Source: Candidatus Aenigmatarchaeota archaeon
GTDB lineage: Archaea; Aenigmatarchaeota; Aenigmatarchaeia; CG10238-14; SCSR01
Reading direction: 5' to 3'
DNA: 64,000 bases
Assembly: GCA_038998335.1 (NCBI GenBank)
Contig: JAVZHQ010000002.1
Location: 32,001 to 96,000 of the forward strand
Below, piece after piece: positions 27,040-36,545 of this stretch. Below the pieces are notes generated by a model. The model was not told where the DNA came from and did no database searches. It saw nothing but the letters and a program-made list of their open reading frames with translations. Both the position numbers and the translations under genes were made by a program. Every line of letters starts with the position of its first letter. Within the stretch, counting starts at the first letter, position 1.

Positions 27040-29798
27040 GAAAAAAAATAAAATTTTTGATTTTTTTCTCGTTTTTACTTTTTTTAGTAATTTTTTTAAG
27101 TATTTCGAAGGGAAATATCTACACCGAGACTGGCTGCTACAAAAGCGGGGACAAGAGAACTTATGATTGCTGGGCAAGTATCTCCTATAGAAACCCTTGT
27201 ACCGAATTTTGTGGCTATGATGGTCCAAGTGGATGGGACGCAAAATCTTGCTGGATTAAAATTTGTATAGAGTCTGGTGCAGAGCCAATGCCGGAATGTT
27301 GTAATTATATCGAAGGATGCTCTCCATGCTGTATAAAGGGACAGTTTGGTGCGGAATGCGAAGTAGATGCAGATTGTCCGACTGATGGCTGGTATTGCTC
27401 TGGTTCGGTAAAGGAATACAGAGACTATTATTGTGGTAGCGTCTCAGGAAATTGTGAGTGTAAATACTCTACAAGCTCAAGGGAAGATTGCTCAGCAAAA
27501 TCTTCTTACAATACTGGTGACACTGGTGATCAACCTACTGTTGCTGGAGGATGTTATGACTATACTGGTTGCTCTGCTGGTAATTGTATAGGCTCTCAAC
27601 TAAATGAATACTGCTCAGGGAATTCTGTTTATGAATATTATGCAAATGGTGCGTCTTGTTCAGGCTACTGGAAAAACTGTGAAGATTACGAAAGCTTATA
27701 TTGTAATTCAGAAGATGGTGATATTTACAGAAACGAATGGCAATGCTCAGGTTCTCCGGGATATTGTAATGACGGAGCCCCAGATACAAAAATATACGAT
27801 TGTTCGAATAATTGCTCAGACTCAGATGGAGGAAGGTCATACTTTATTCGAGGAACTGTTACAGACAATAATTTATGCTCTTCTGGACAAACTTCTTGCC
27901 CAGTAACAACAAAAACAGATGAATGTATAAGCTCGACTGTTTTAAGAGAATATTTTTGCTCTGGAAATGATTACTCTTATGAAGATAAGGATTGTACTAC
28001 CTTAGGTTCTGGATATACATGCTCTAACGGAAAATGTGTAGAAACTATTCCTCCTACTACAACCATAACTCCTAATGGCCATGCTTGGACTAATCAAGAT
28101 GTAAGCTTTACTTTAACTTGCACCGATACTGGTTCAGGCTGTGCAAATACTTACTATAAAATTATAAACGACGGTGAATCTTGCGGAACAGGATTTTCAA
28201 CAGGAACCTCAGGAACTGTTACTTGTCCTTCAAACTCAGTTTGTAAAAAAAGAGTTTGTTATTATAGTATAGATAATAGTGATAATGTAGAGAGCATCAA
28301 GGTAAGTAATATTTTCTACATAGATAAAGAACCACCAAGCACACCTTCACCTTCAGTTTCACCTTCAGGCTGGACAAATGTAAACTCATTTAACTTCAGT
28401 TGGTCTGTACCTAGCGATGGATCTGGTTCAGGAATTTCAGGTTATTACTGGCATACTAATAATAACCCGGATGCTTGGACTACTTCAACATCATTACCTC
28501 AAGGAAGTTATGCCTATCAAGAAGGAATAAATGTTTTCTACGTAAAAGCAAAAGATATAGCTGGGAATGAAGGTCCTTACGGAAGTATTAATTATTACTA
28601 TGACAGCATTCCGCCAACTTTAATAAAATCTCATTCGCCTTTCAGACCAATAACAAATCAGCAAGTTTTATTTGAAGCAAACGCAAGCGACTCTTCTTCA
28701 GGATTATCTTGGATAAAAATTTATGTCGATGGACAAGAGGTAAAGACTTGCACTTACTCTGGAGAAAAAACTCTTCAAACTTGCAGATATATTGGTGGAC
28801 CGTATTCTTATGGCTTACATACTTACTATGCTGAAGCAAAAGATATAGCTGGAAACTACATAAGAATACCAGCTACAGGAACAAATACTTTTGATGTCAC
28901 AGCCTGCGGTAATGGAACCGTAGAAACAGTATATGGTGAAGAATGTGAACTCCCAAACACTCAAAACAATAATTATTGTGTAAACCCTCCTGATCATTGT
29001 GAATCTACTCCTGGAAAGTATTGTACTTATAGTGATTTGTACGGTAATTGTGATGAAAATTGTGTATGCGTACTTGATACTCCAACTTGCAAATGTTATT
29101 GGGGTGGTGACGGTGAAGGAGAAACTTATTGTAACGCTCAATGTGACTCAGATGATGACTGCTTACCAAGTTTAAGTGGAGATTATTGCTACTATAACAA
29201 AAAATGTTTGGAAGATTGCTCATGCTCAGAAGGAGATAAAATGTTTTGCCCTCAAACAGTTCCTTATTTTAATCCTAACACAAATACTTGCTACTATGGT
29301 GATAGGGGTTGTGACCAGAATGGATGTACCTTAAGAACTTGTATGCCTCAATCAAATGAAGCTTGTACACAATACGGATGTACTGGTGATATTGATTTTG
29401 ATTTAAAAGTTGGGGTAGAAAAACTAAGCTCAACAGTTGACCAAAAAATTTCTATAAAAGTTTATGTTAGAAACATAGGAAATTATGAAGATGGCTATAA
29501 ATTTGAATTAAAAACTACACAAAATGTCCAAGCAAAACTTTACGACGCTGAAATCAGAAATGTTAAACCAAACTCTTTAGTAACTAATACAATTGAAGCC
29601 AAAGTCTTGACCCAAACACAACATGCCGAAATTAATGTAACTGTTAGTTCTATTTTATTACCAGCGCGAAACAAAACAGCAGTGATAGGAATTAGAGCTG
29701 AAAAAGCAAACATGAGTGATTTAAGCACTTTTTCAATAATTTTGCTACTCTTAATTTCCATTTCAGTTTTAACTAAGGATGTCCTAAACCAAGAGTAA
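27033..29798 (+). CDS. Large Cys-rich modular surface protein (CxDSDGG-type repeats, Ig-like domains, MSDL-TM anchor)
   Basis: Signal anchor; CSDSDGG...LREYFC...CSNGKC and degenerate copies; CGNG..E...EECE motif; C-terminal domain homologous to that of 24164..25978. Confidence 0.75.
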   Translation: MLRKKIKFLIFFSFLLFLVIFLSISKGNIYTETGCYKSGDKRTYDCWASISYRNPCTEFCGYDGPSGWDAKSCWIKICIESGAEPMPECCNYIEGCSPCCIKGQFGAECEVDADCPTDGWYCSGSVKEYRDYYCGSVSGNCECKYSTSSREDCSAKSSYNTGDTGDQPTVAGGCYDYTGCSAGNCIGSQLNEYCSGNSVYEYYANGASCSGYWKNCEDYESLYCNSEDGDIYRNEWQCSGSPGYCNDGAPDTKIYDCSNNCSDSDGGRSYFIRGTVTDNNLCSSGQTSCPVTTKTDECISSTVLREYFCSGNDYSYEDKDCTTLGSGYTCSNGKCVETIPPTTTITPNGHAWTNQDVSFTLTCTDTGSGCANTYYKIINDGESCGTGFSTGTSGTVTCPSNSVCKKRVCYYSIDNSDNVESIKVSNIFYIDKEPPSTPSPSVSPSGWTNVNSFNFSWSVPSDGSGSGISGYYWHTNNNPDAWTTSTSLPQGSYAYQEGINVFYVKAKDIAGNEGPYGSINYYYDSIPPTLIKSHSPFRPITNQQVLFEANASDSSSGLSWIKIYVDGQEVKTCTYSGEKTLQTCRYIGGPYSYGLHTYYAEAKDIAGNYIRIPATGTNTFDVTACGNGTVETVYGEECELPNTQNNNYCVNPPDHCESTPGKYCTYSDLYGNCDENCVCVLDTPTCKCYWGGDGEGETYCNAQCDSDDDCLPSLSGDYCYYNKKCLEDCSCSEGDKMFCPQTVPYFNPNTNTCYYGDRGCDQNGCTLRTCMPQSNEACTQYGCTGDIDFDLKVGVEKLSSTVDQKISIKVYVRNIGNYEDGYKFELKTTQNVQAKLYDAEIRNVKPNSLVTNTIEAKVLTQTQHAEINVTVSSILLPARNKTAVIGIRAEKANMSDLSTFSIILLLLISISVLTKDVLNQE

Positions 29799-30807
29799 AA
29801 GCATAAACTTCAAAAAAATCTCCATTATAAACGTTTATATAAGAGTTTTCACAACCTAAAGGAACTTTTGTCCCACTTTTTTCATGTTTATTAGAAGCCC
29901 AAAGCAATAACCATATCAAAATCCATTTTTCTTCGTTATTTATACCACCTTCTGAAAAATCTGAAATCCAAGCAGCTTTTCCATATTTATCGTTAAGAAC
30001 AACTGCTGGTGCTATCTCGTTAGCAGTAGTCTTAACATCAGCTTTCAAAAGAACTTTTCTCTCATCTTGTGCTATTATTTTATCATAATTTAAGAAATTT
30101 GAAAATTGATAGTTTTGACTGAAATTTACTCGCAAATATTTCCATGCTTCGTAAATGATATCTGAGGAACTTTCAGGTGCTCGAGAAAACTCTAAATGAT
30201 GAAGATTTGAAAGTGTTCCAACTCCAGTTGTTAACCCAAAAATTTCTCTATGTCCGGAATCTGCGTTAATTTGTGCATAAGTTATATCTGAAACTTCAAC
30301 TATTCCGTTACCCTCTGCCAAATATTTTTTCAAAGATTCAAAAGTTTCAGGAACGCTTAAGTCATTATACCCCCAGATTAGAAGGACATCAGAAACTGGA
30401 ATTAAAGTTAAATCAGAAGATTTGATCTCAAATTTTATCTCTCTTTCGTTTATTTTCAAGTCAGTTAATAAATTGGTTAAATCGTTTATCACGTTGGCTG
30501 GACATTTACATGCTATGGTAATTTTTTTCTTTATCGCATTTTCTGTTTCTGACCATTCAACAATAGAGCTAGGGATTATTTTTCTTTGGTAAAGAGTTTC
30601 TTTTAGTTCGTCAAGATTAAAAGAATACTTGTAAAGCTCGTTATTCCTTTCTATTGAAAGGATTATGTCTCTAGAAAGTAGACTAAGCAAAGCTTTATCC
30701 CAGTTATGTTGGAAAGAAATTGGAGGAAAGAAAAAATTAAAGAGTATAAAAATAATTATAGCTGCAGTAATCATTTCAACAACAAAAATAAAACCTTTAT
30801 TTTTCAT
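29773..30807 (-). CDS. Pilin-like protein (class III signal peptide)
   Basis: MKNKG/FIFVVE followed by a hydrophobic helix; last gene of the T4P operon. Confidence 0.7.
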   Translation of the reverse strand: MKNKGFIFVVEMITAAIIIFILFNFFFPPISFQHNWDKALLSLLSRDIILSIERNNELYKYSFNLDELKETLYQRKIIPSSIVEWSETENAIKKKITIACKCPANVINDLTNLLTDLKINEREIKFEIKSSDLTLIPVSDVLLIWGYNDLSVPETFESLKKYLAEGNGIVEVSDITYAQINADSGHREIFGLTTGVGTLSNLHHLEFSRAPESSSDIIYEAWKYLRVNFSQNYQFSNFLNYDKIIAQDERKVLLKADVKTTANEIAPAVVLNDKYGKAAWISDFSEGGINNEEKWILIWLLLWASNKHEKSGTKVPLGCENSYINVYNGDFFEVYAFTLGLGHP

Positions 30808-31314
30808 TCACCACACCTGAACTATTAATTCAGCATAACCTCCTGAAGAAAAGGCTGCTATTCTTCTCACAGTTATGTTTGTTGCAGTAATAACAACTTT
30901 TGGAGGAAAACAGTTAATTAAAAGCTGGTTGTTTGATAAATCAAACAAAATCAAAGAAAAATCAAAGTCAGAACCAATCTTTTCCTTAACCTTGTAATAA
31001 TCCTGATTGCAAAAACTTTGAAGCGAATTAATTTTTGCTAAGTTTAAAAGGTTTGTTTTATTTTTTAAGTCGTCTGAAAGTCCAATTCTTTTAACCGAAT
31101 CTAACACAAGAGTTTCCCAGTTTGCTGGTTCGCCAAAATCGTTTATCAAAAGTTCAGAAATTTGATAAGCTTCCAATCTTTTTCTCTCACTTTCCATTTC
31201 CTGAAGATAAAGAGGGTAATATCTTAACAGTAAGAAAAAAATGTAAGCTACAAAACTTATAAAAATCCCCATAGAAGCTATGTACTCAACAAAGCTTAGC
31301 TCGCCCTTCATCAT
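30808..31314 (-). CDS. Pilin-like protein (class III signal peptide)
   Basis: MMKG/ELSFVE followed by a hydrophobic helix; GEPANWE...IGL pattern. Confidence 0.7.
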   Translation of the reverse strand: MMKGELSFVEYIASMGIFISFVAYIFFLLLRYYPLYLQEMESERKRLEAYQISELLINDFGEPANWETLVLDSVKRIGLSDDLKNKTNLLNLAKINSLQSFCNQDYYKVKEKIGSDFDFSLILFDLSNNQLLINCFPPKVVITATNITVRRIAAFSSGGYAELIVQVW

Positions 31315-32315
31315 ACTCCCATTATCCCGAAGTTTACAAGTATAAAGAAAGAGCCAAAAGTAATGATAGCCATTATAATGCTATGCTTAAGCCCTGCTAT
31401 AGCTGAACCTTCGCTAATTTCGCCTGCAACCAAACCACAAAATATTGATTCAACTATTGCCATTAAAAAGAACAAAGAAGTATAGTAAGAGCCCATGTTT
31501 TCCAGAGCTCTTATGTTACCAAGGTTAAAAACTGAGGCAATACTCCCTAAAATGTCACAAAAAACACAAGAAAGTTGAGAACAAAAAGCACAAGGGTTTT
31601 GCAACCCAATCATTTCTAATTGACCTACAGTTTCTACTTTAAATATAGGGACCATAAGCCTGTTTATTCCAACCACTATACCTATAAACAAAAAGTTTAT
31701 TATATACATGAGAACAACATATTGGCTTAACAAACTTTTCCTTTCTTTTTCGTAATCATCAAGAATTGTCATGTTTTCTGCAACAGTTTCTAGAGTAGAG
31801 ATTATATCTCCTCCAGAAAGATAAGCTTCTTTTATTATCTTGGAAACTACGGTAAGCCTTTTGCTTGCTCTAACTCTTTCTGCAAATTGATCTAAGACTT
31901 TGTCAAAAGACATGCCCCAAGAAATTTGAGATGCCATTTTTTTAATTTCTGGTGTAAGTTTTCCGTACTCATACTTGCTAGCTAAAATTACAGAAGTGTG
32001 AAGAGGAGAGCCTGACCTTAAAGCTTCAATAACATCTCTTAAGAAGAACGGAAACTTTTCTTCCATTTCTTTTATTTCTCTAGTTTTCATATACCTAAAG
32101 AAAAACAAAGGACCTGCTATTGCAAAAGCTGAAAGAATTATCGAATTTCCCAAAACTGCTCTATCATTACTGACTATTCCTACTATCAAGAAAAAACCAG
32201 AGGCTGCTAAAGAAGCTAATAAAACTTTTGTGTTTGTTGTAAGTTCAAACTTTTCAACATAAACCTTAGCTTTTTTTTCTTTTGTTTTAGCTTTTTTTTC
32301 TTCTTTAACCTTCAT
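31311..32315 (-). CDS. Type II secretion F / TadC-like pilus membrane platform protein
   Basis: EEKFPFFLRDVIEALRSG, YGKLTPEI, SGGDI, multiple TMs. Confidence 0.9.
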   Translation of the reverse strand: MKVKEEKKAKTKEKKAKVYVEKFELTTNTKVLLASLAASGFFLIVGIVSNDRAVLGNSIILSAFAIAGPLFFFRYMKTREIKEMEEKFPFFLRDVIEALRSGSPLHTSVILASKYEYGKLTPEIKKMASQISWGMSFDKVLDQFAERVRASKRLTVVSKIIKEAYLSGGDIISTLETVAENMTILDDYEKERKSLLSQYVVLMYIINFLFIGIVVGINRLMVPIFKVETVGQLEMIGLQNPCAFCSQLSCVFCDILGSIASVFNLGNIRALENMGSYYTSLFFLMAIVESIFCGLVAGEISEGSAIAGLKHSIIMAIITFGSFFILVNFGIMGV

Positions 32316-33184
32316 TATTCTCCGCCTGGACTTATGCTTTTAACGAAAATTATGAAAGCTACAGAAACAATTGGTAAGAAAATAAATATTATCACAAACT
32401 GAAGGAAAATTATGTTACTTCCTATCCCTGCCAAACCACTAAAAATTGCTGAAAGAATTGTGAAGAAAACTGCACCAAGAATTATTGCTGTTATGTAAAT
32501 CTCTATAAACATGGTTAACTGATGGGAAAACTCATAAAGCTTTCTTCTGTATTCTGTCATAAAAGTTCTTGCTTTTTCTCTTAAGAACAGGTTAATGTCA
32601 CCTCCTGTTCTGTTCATGGATAATAAACCCCAGAAAAGTTCTCTGAGATTTTTTGAAGGAGCTCTTTCTACTCCTCTTTCTAGTGCTGTATTTATATCCA
32701 TACCAAAAGTTTCTGTATCGTTAACTATTGAGTTTATTTCTTCCGTAAAATAACCATACTCGCTGTAAGTAGAGAATATTTTAAAAACTTTATGTAAAGG
32801 TACTTTTGAGCCTGCGATTGTTGATAAATAAACAGAAGCGAAGGGTAAAATCTTATCTATTTCTTTTGCTCTTTCTCTTATCACAAGTTTTGGGTAGCTC
32901 ATCATGGAATAAAAGAATGTCAAGGAAAAAAACACAGAAATAGTAAAAGAAAAAATAAAGCTAAACAAAGGGTTTTGAGAAAGTATGACAAAAATAAGGC
33001 AAAGCATGGGAAATTCTGCACAAAAAACTATTAAGCTTGTTAAAATTGCAACGCTTATGTATTCTTGAAGGGAATACCCCATTCTTGCTCTTTTTAAGTC
33101 TATTTTTACTTCTGTATAATAGGGAAGAAGCTTTTCTCCCCACTCACCAAAGTATTTCATAGCCAAGCTTGTGTAAAAACCCAC
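32315..33184 (-). CDS. Type II secretion F / TadC-like pilus membrane platform protein
   Basis: IDKILPFA...GMDINTALE...PSKNLRELF...TGGD. Confidence 0.9.
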   Translation of the reverse strand: MGFYTSLAMKYFGEWGEKLLPYYTEVKIDLKRARMGYSLQEYISVAILTSLIVFCAEFPMLCLIFVILSQNPLFSFIFSFTISVFFSLTFFYSMMSYPKLVIRERAKEIDKILPFASVYLSTIAGSKVPLHKVFKIFSTYSEYGYFTEEINSIVNDTETFGMDINTALERGVERAPSKNLRELFWGLLSMNRTGGDINLFLREKARTFMTEYRRKLYEFSHQLTMFIEIYITAIILGAVFFTILSAIFSGLAGIGSNIIFLQFVIIFIFLPIVSVAFIIFVKSISPGGE

Positions 33185-34977
33185 TATTTTCCACCCATTA
33201 TAGAAGCTAAAACTTTTTCTGGAGAAGTGTAGTACATGTTAAAAACATTATAAACATCTTTATATCGAGTTATATTCTTTTCCATCATCCAGTTTAAAAC
33301 AACCATTCTTCTTTCTAGTTCTTCCTTTACTTGTTGCTCAGTTAGTCCCATAAATTCAGCAATTTTCTTCAGAGTCATGCTTTTGTTAACAACAACAATT
33401 TTATCTCTACTGGCATCCCACTTGAAAACTTCATTAACTATAGGCTCTTTTGTTTCAGGGTCTATTCCGATTATCTCTACAATCTGATTAACTTTCCTGA
33501 CATGTTTTTCTCTATACCTTACTCTTAATAGGAAAACGACTAAATCTAAACTTCCTATCAAGCTAGCAGGTAGAGAAATTGGAGGAGTTGTCAACCTATC
33601 TATAAGCTTATTAATATTTTCTGCATGGATAGTTGCTAAAGAAGGATGTCCAGTTGCCATTTCTTGGAAAAGAACATAAGCTTCTCTTCCTCTTACTTCG
33701 CCAACAACTATGAAATCGGGTCTTTGTCTTAAGCTCTCTTTTAACAAATCGAACAAATCTATCTCTCCTCTTAACTTTCTATCTTCAGTTCCTATAGCAG
33801 TTCTCGCAACGTAAGGAACCCAGTGCGGATGAGGAAGTTTAAGCTCAGGAGTATCCTCTATTGAAACTATTCTTTTTTCTGGTCTAATGAAAAGCGAAAG
33901 CACGTTAAGTAAAGTTGTTTTTCCTGAGGCAGTTCCACCAGCAACTAGAATACTTCTTCCAAAGTCAACAGCAAGCCAAAGAAAAGCTAAGGATGGGATA
34001 TCAATAGTATTATACTTAAGAAGATGGATTGGTGTTAAAGGTTCTATCGTAAACTTTCTTATGGTAAAGTTTGAGCCTCTTCTTGCTATATCCGTAGCCA
34101 AAGCTGCCTGAACTCTACTTCCGTCAGGAAGTGAGCCACCAACGAGTGGAGTAGCTACTGATATAGATTTTCCACAAAGCTGAGCAAGTCGATGAATAAA
34201 GGAATCTAGCTCGTCAGGGTCTTCAAAAACAATATTAGTTACTATCGAACCTAGCTTGGGGTTTCTGTGAAAAACAAATATAGGAATTCCTACCCCATCA
34301 CAACTTATATCTTCTATGTTTTCATCTTCCATCAAGGGCTCGATTCTTCCTAAACCTATAAAGTCTCTTTCTATGTAATACCTGATGATAAGTTTTTCTT
34401 TTTCGCTTACTTCTATTTTATAATAACTTAGCAAATCGTCTATAGTTTTATAAAGATAATTCTTCATTTCAAATTTTTTCAACTTTCCAAACTCTATATC
34501 AAGCTTTTCTTGGATTAGCTCTTTAAGCTTTTTAATTGTTTCTTTCAATCTATCGGTTAGCTCAGGTTCGATGACTTGATAAATGTATTTGTTTAAAGAA
34601 GAGTCCCAAAAAATTTTTGCATAGGCAAAAACAAGTTCGTCCTTTTGAGGCTTTCTTGGTATTAAAGGATAAGCTAAAGTGATTTTTCTCCTTTCTTCTT
34701 CTGTTAAAGGAATTTCCCCTATTTCAATCTTTTCTGGTATAAACTCTGGGATTTCTATTCCGTCTAAAAGTTTTGGTTTTTCCACAGGTTTTTTCTCTTC
34801 CTTTTCTTCAACTTTCTCTTCCTTTTCTTCAACTTTCTCTATCTTTATTGGAATTGTGATTGGAGCTAAGCCTTGCAAACCTAGTTGAGAGGGCAAAACC
34901 TGAATTCCTTGTTTACTCATGTATTTTTTATAACCTTCTCTTGCCCTTCTTAAAAAGTTTCTTAAAAGCTCGACCAT
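33184..34977 (-). CDS. Type IV pilus assembly ATPase (VirB11/FlaI/TadA family)
   Basis: IEDISCDG, GGTASGKTT, IEDTPEL, LRQRPD, GEVRG, TGH...TIHAE. Confidence 0.95.
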   Translation of the reverse strand: MVELLRNFLRRAREGYKKYMSKQGIQVLPSQLGLQGLAPITIPIKIEKVEEKEEKVEEKEEKKPVEKPKLLDGIEIPEFIPEKIEIGEIPLTEEERRKITLAYPLIPRKPQKDELVFAYAKIFWDSSLNKYIYQVIEPELTDRLKETIKKLKELIQEKLDIEFGKLKKFEMKNYLYKTIDDLLSYYKIEVSEKEKLIIRYYIERDFIGLGRIEPLMEDENIEDISCDGVGIPIFVFHRNPKLGSIVTNIVFEDPDELDSFIHRLAQLCGKSISVATPLVGGSLPDGSRVQAALATDIARRGSNFTIRKFTIEPLTPIHLLKYNTIDIPSLAFLWLAVDFGRSILVAGGTASGKTTLLNVLSLFIRPEKRIVSIEDTPELKLPHPHWVPYVARTAIGTEDRKLRGEIDLFDLLKESLRQRPDFIVVGEVRGREAYVLFQEMATGHPSLATIHAENINKLIDRLTTPPISLPASLIGSLDLVVFLLRVRYREKHVRKVNQIVEIIGIDPETKEPIVNEVFKWDASRDKIVVVNKSMTLKKIAEFMGLTEQQVKEELERRMVVLNWMMEKNITRYKDVYNVFNMYYTSPEKVLASIMGGK

Positions 34978-34978
34978 A

Positions 34979-35389
34979 TTATTCTACCATTAATTTATTT
35001 TCTATTTTGCTAAATGTTAAAGTTAATGGTTTTGTTGATATAGCACTACCTTCTGAATCAATAGAAGAGTTCAAGTTATGTAAGGAAAAAAGGTACCTTC
35101 TTCCGTCTACTAAAATTATCTCCCAAACTCTGCCTGCTTTAATTATAAACTCATAGCTTGTCTTTGAGCTAGTTACTATTCTAGAATAATCACATTCCTT
35201 ACAGGAATTTTTCAAAGTTATGGCTACAGAAGAAATGTAATCGCTTGTTAACTTTGCGTTTCTATAAGCTAATTCGCTAGTAAAATAATCTGATTGTGCT
35301 CTGAAAAGACTGCCTATGCCTAGAAATACTATAAAACCTACGACAAAAAATATAACAAACTGAAGTATGTAAGTCTGGGCTTTTTTCAT
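34979..35389 (-). CDS. Pilin-like protein (class III signal peptide)
   Basis: MKKA/QTYILQ followed by a hydrophobic helix. Confidence 0.7.
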   Translation of the reverse strand: MKKAQTYILQFVIFFVVGFIVFLGIGSLFRAQSDYFTSELAYRNAKLTSDYISSVAITLKNSCKECDYSRIVTSSKTSYEFIIKAGRVWEIILVDGRRYLFSLHNLNSSIDSEGSAISTKPLTLTFSKIENKLMVE

Positions 35390-35391
35390 TT

Positions 35392-36024
35392 CTACCCAAA
35401 AAGTATTTGGACTTCTGTGATAATCAATTTATTGGTTTGATCAAGCTTTGGCTCGCCTAACCTTGAGATTCTTATGGCATTACCAGTAGAAGTAGTAGAA
35501 GAAGGGTCCCTTGGTAGAAGTCTTATTTGATGAATTTTCCCGTCTTCTGTAAGGTTTCTAAACCATATTCTGTAGGTAATAGTAAAACCGTCTCCTGAGC
35601 TATCAGCCTTAGCTAGAACAACACTTGCATCGTCTAAACCCAAGTACCCTGGAGAAATAGTGCTTGAAGTCTTAAAAGGTATCCAGCCTATGTCAGGAGC
35701 TATGTTTGTTTCTTTGCTCCAGAAAGCAAATTCGATGGAATTGTTTTGAGGCCCAGAATAATCGTAAGGATAAAGTCTCCATGAACCACTAACCTCAGAA
35801 TTGAAAGTTTCTTCCCCACCATTTCTTGCTATATTTTCAATTTTTTTAACTAAGGAATTTGAATTTTCTCTATCGAAATAGCTAGCAACTTTTTCCACAT
35901 TTGCAACTCCTTGCTGTTTTTGGATGATTGGCATTCCCCATAAGTAAGCTGAGGTTGTTAGAGCTGCTGCTAAAAGAATGATAATGACAGCAGTAACCAC
36001 ATCTGTTTGGGCTTTTAATCCCAT
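35392..36024 (-). CDS. Pilin-like protein (class III signal peptide)
   Basis: MGLKA/QTDVVTA followed by a hydrophobic helix and YLWGMP. Confidence 0.72.
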   Translation of the reverse strand: MGLKAQTDVVTAVIIILLAAALTTSAYLWGMPIIQKQQGVANVEKVASYFDRENSNSLVKKIENIARNGGEETFNSEVSGSWRLYPYDYSGPQNNSIEFAFWSKETNIAPDIGWIPFKTSSTISPGYLGLDDASVVLAKADSSGDGFTITYRIWFRNLTEDGKIHQIRLLPRDPSSTTSTGNAIRISRLGEPKLDQTNKLIITEVQILFG

Positions 36025-36027
36025 AAT

Positions 36028-36492
36028 TTACACTTTTACAGGCTTAGTGTATAAAGCTGGTCTAGTTATTACCGGTCTCTTAAGCTTTTCGCTTATTTCA
36101 CTTAGAACATTTAATACTGACTGATTATTTTCTATAATTTTTTGGTTTTGCTCTATGAGTTTTTCTATTTTTTCAGTTAAAGGCTTAAAGGAAGGTTGAG
36201 TTTCTTCTGGAGCAGAAGCTTTTATGTAATTCAAAAGCTCGTTTAAATTCTCTATTAGTTCGTCCATTCTTGCTGGTAGTTTAGAAATTTCTATTCTTAG
36301 AGCATCATTAGCCTTTGCAAGCTCATCTACTAGCTGCTGATTTATTCTAACTATTTCTATTATCTCTTTAAGCATTCCTTTACTGTCAGTAACTCCTATC
36401 GAGCTTTCTAATTGCTCGATTCTTCTTTCTAGCCTTCTTAAGGGAGATAAAGGAACTATTTCAACTTCTTCTGTAGCCTCATCGCTAACCAT
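36028..36492 (-). CDS. Cytoplasmic coiled-coil protein heading the T4P operon
   Basis: Heptad-rich 154 aa, no TM, GGTGA RBS-like site upstream. Confidence 0.65.
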   Translation of the reverse strand: MVSDEATEEVEIVPLSPLRRLERRIEQLESSIGVTDSKGMLKEIIEIVRINQQLVDELAKANDALRIEISKLPARMDELIENLNELLNYIKASAPEETQPSFKPLTEKIEKLIEQNQKIIENNQSVLNVLSEISEKLKRPVITRPALYTKPVKV

Positions 36493-36545
36493 TAATTCAC
36501 CTAACTAAATATTTCTTTTAGAAATTAATAAAAGTTATCTTAAGC

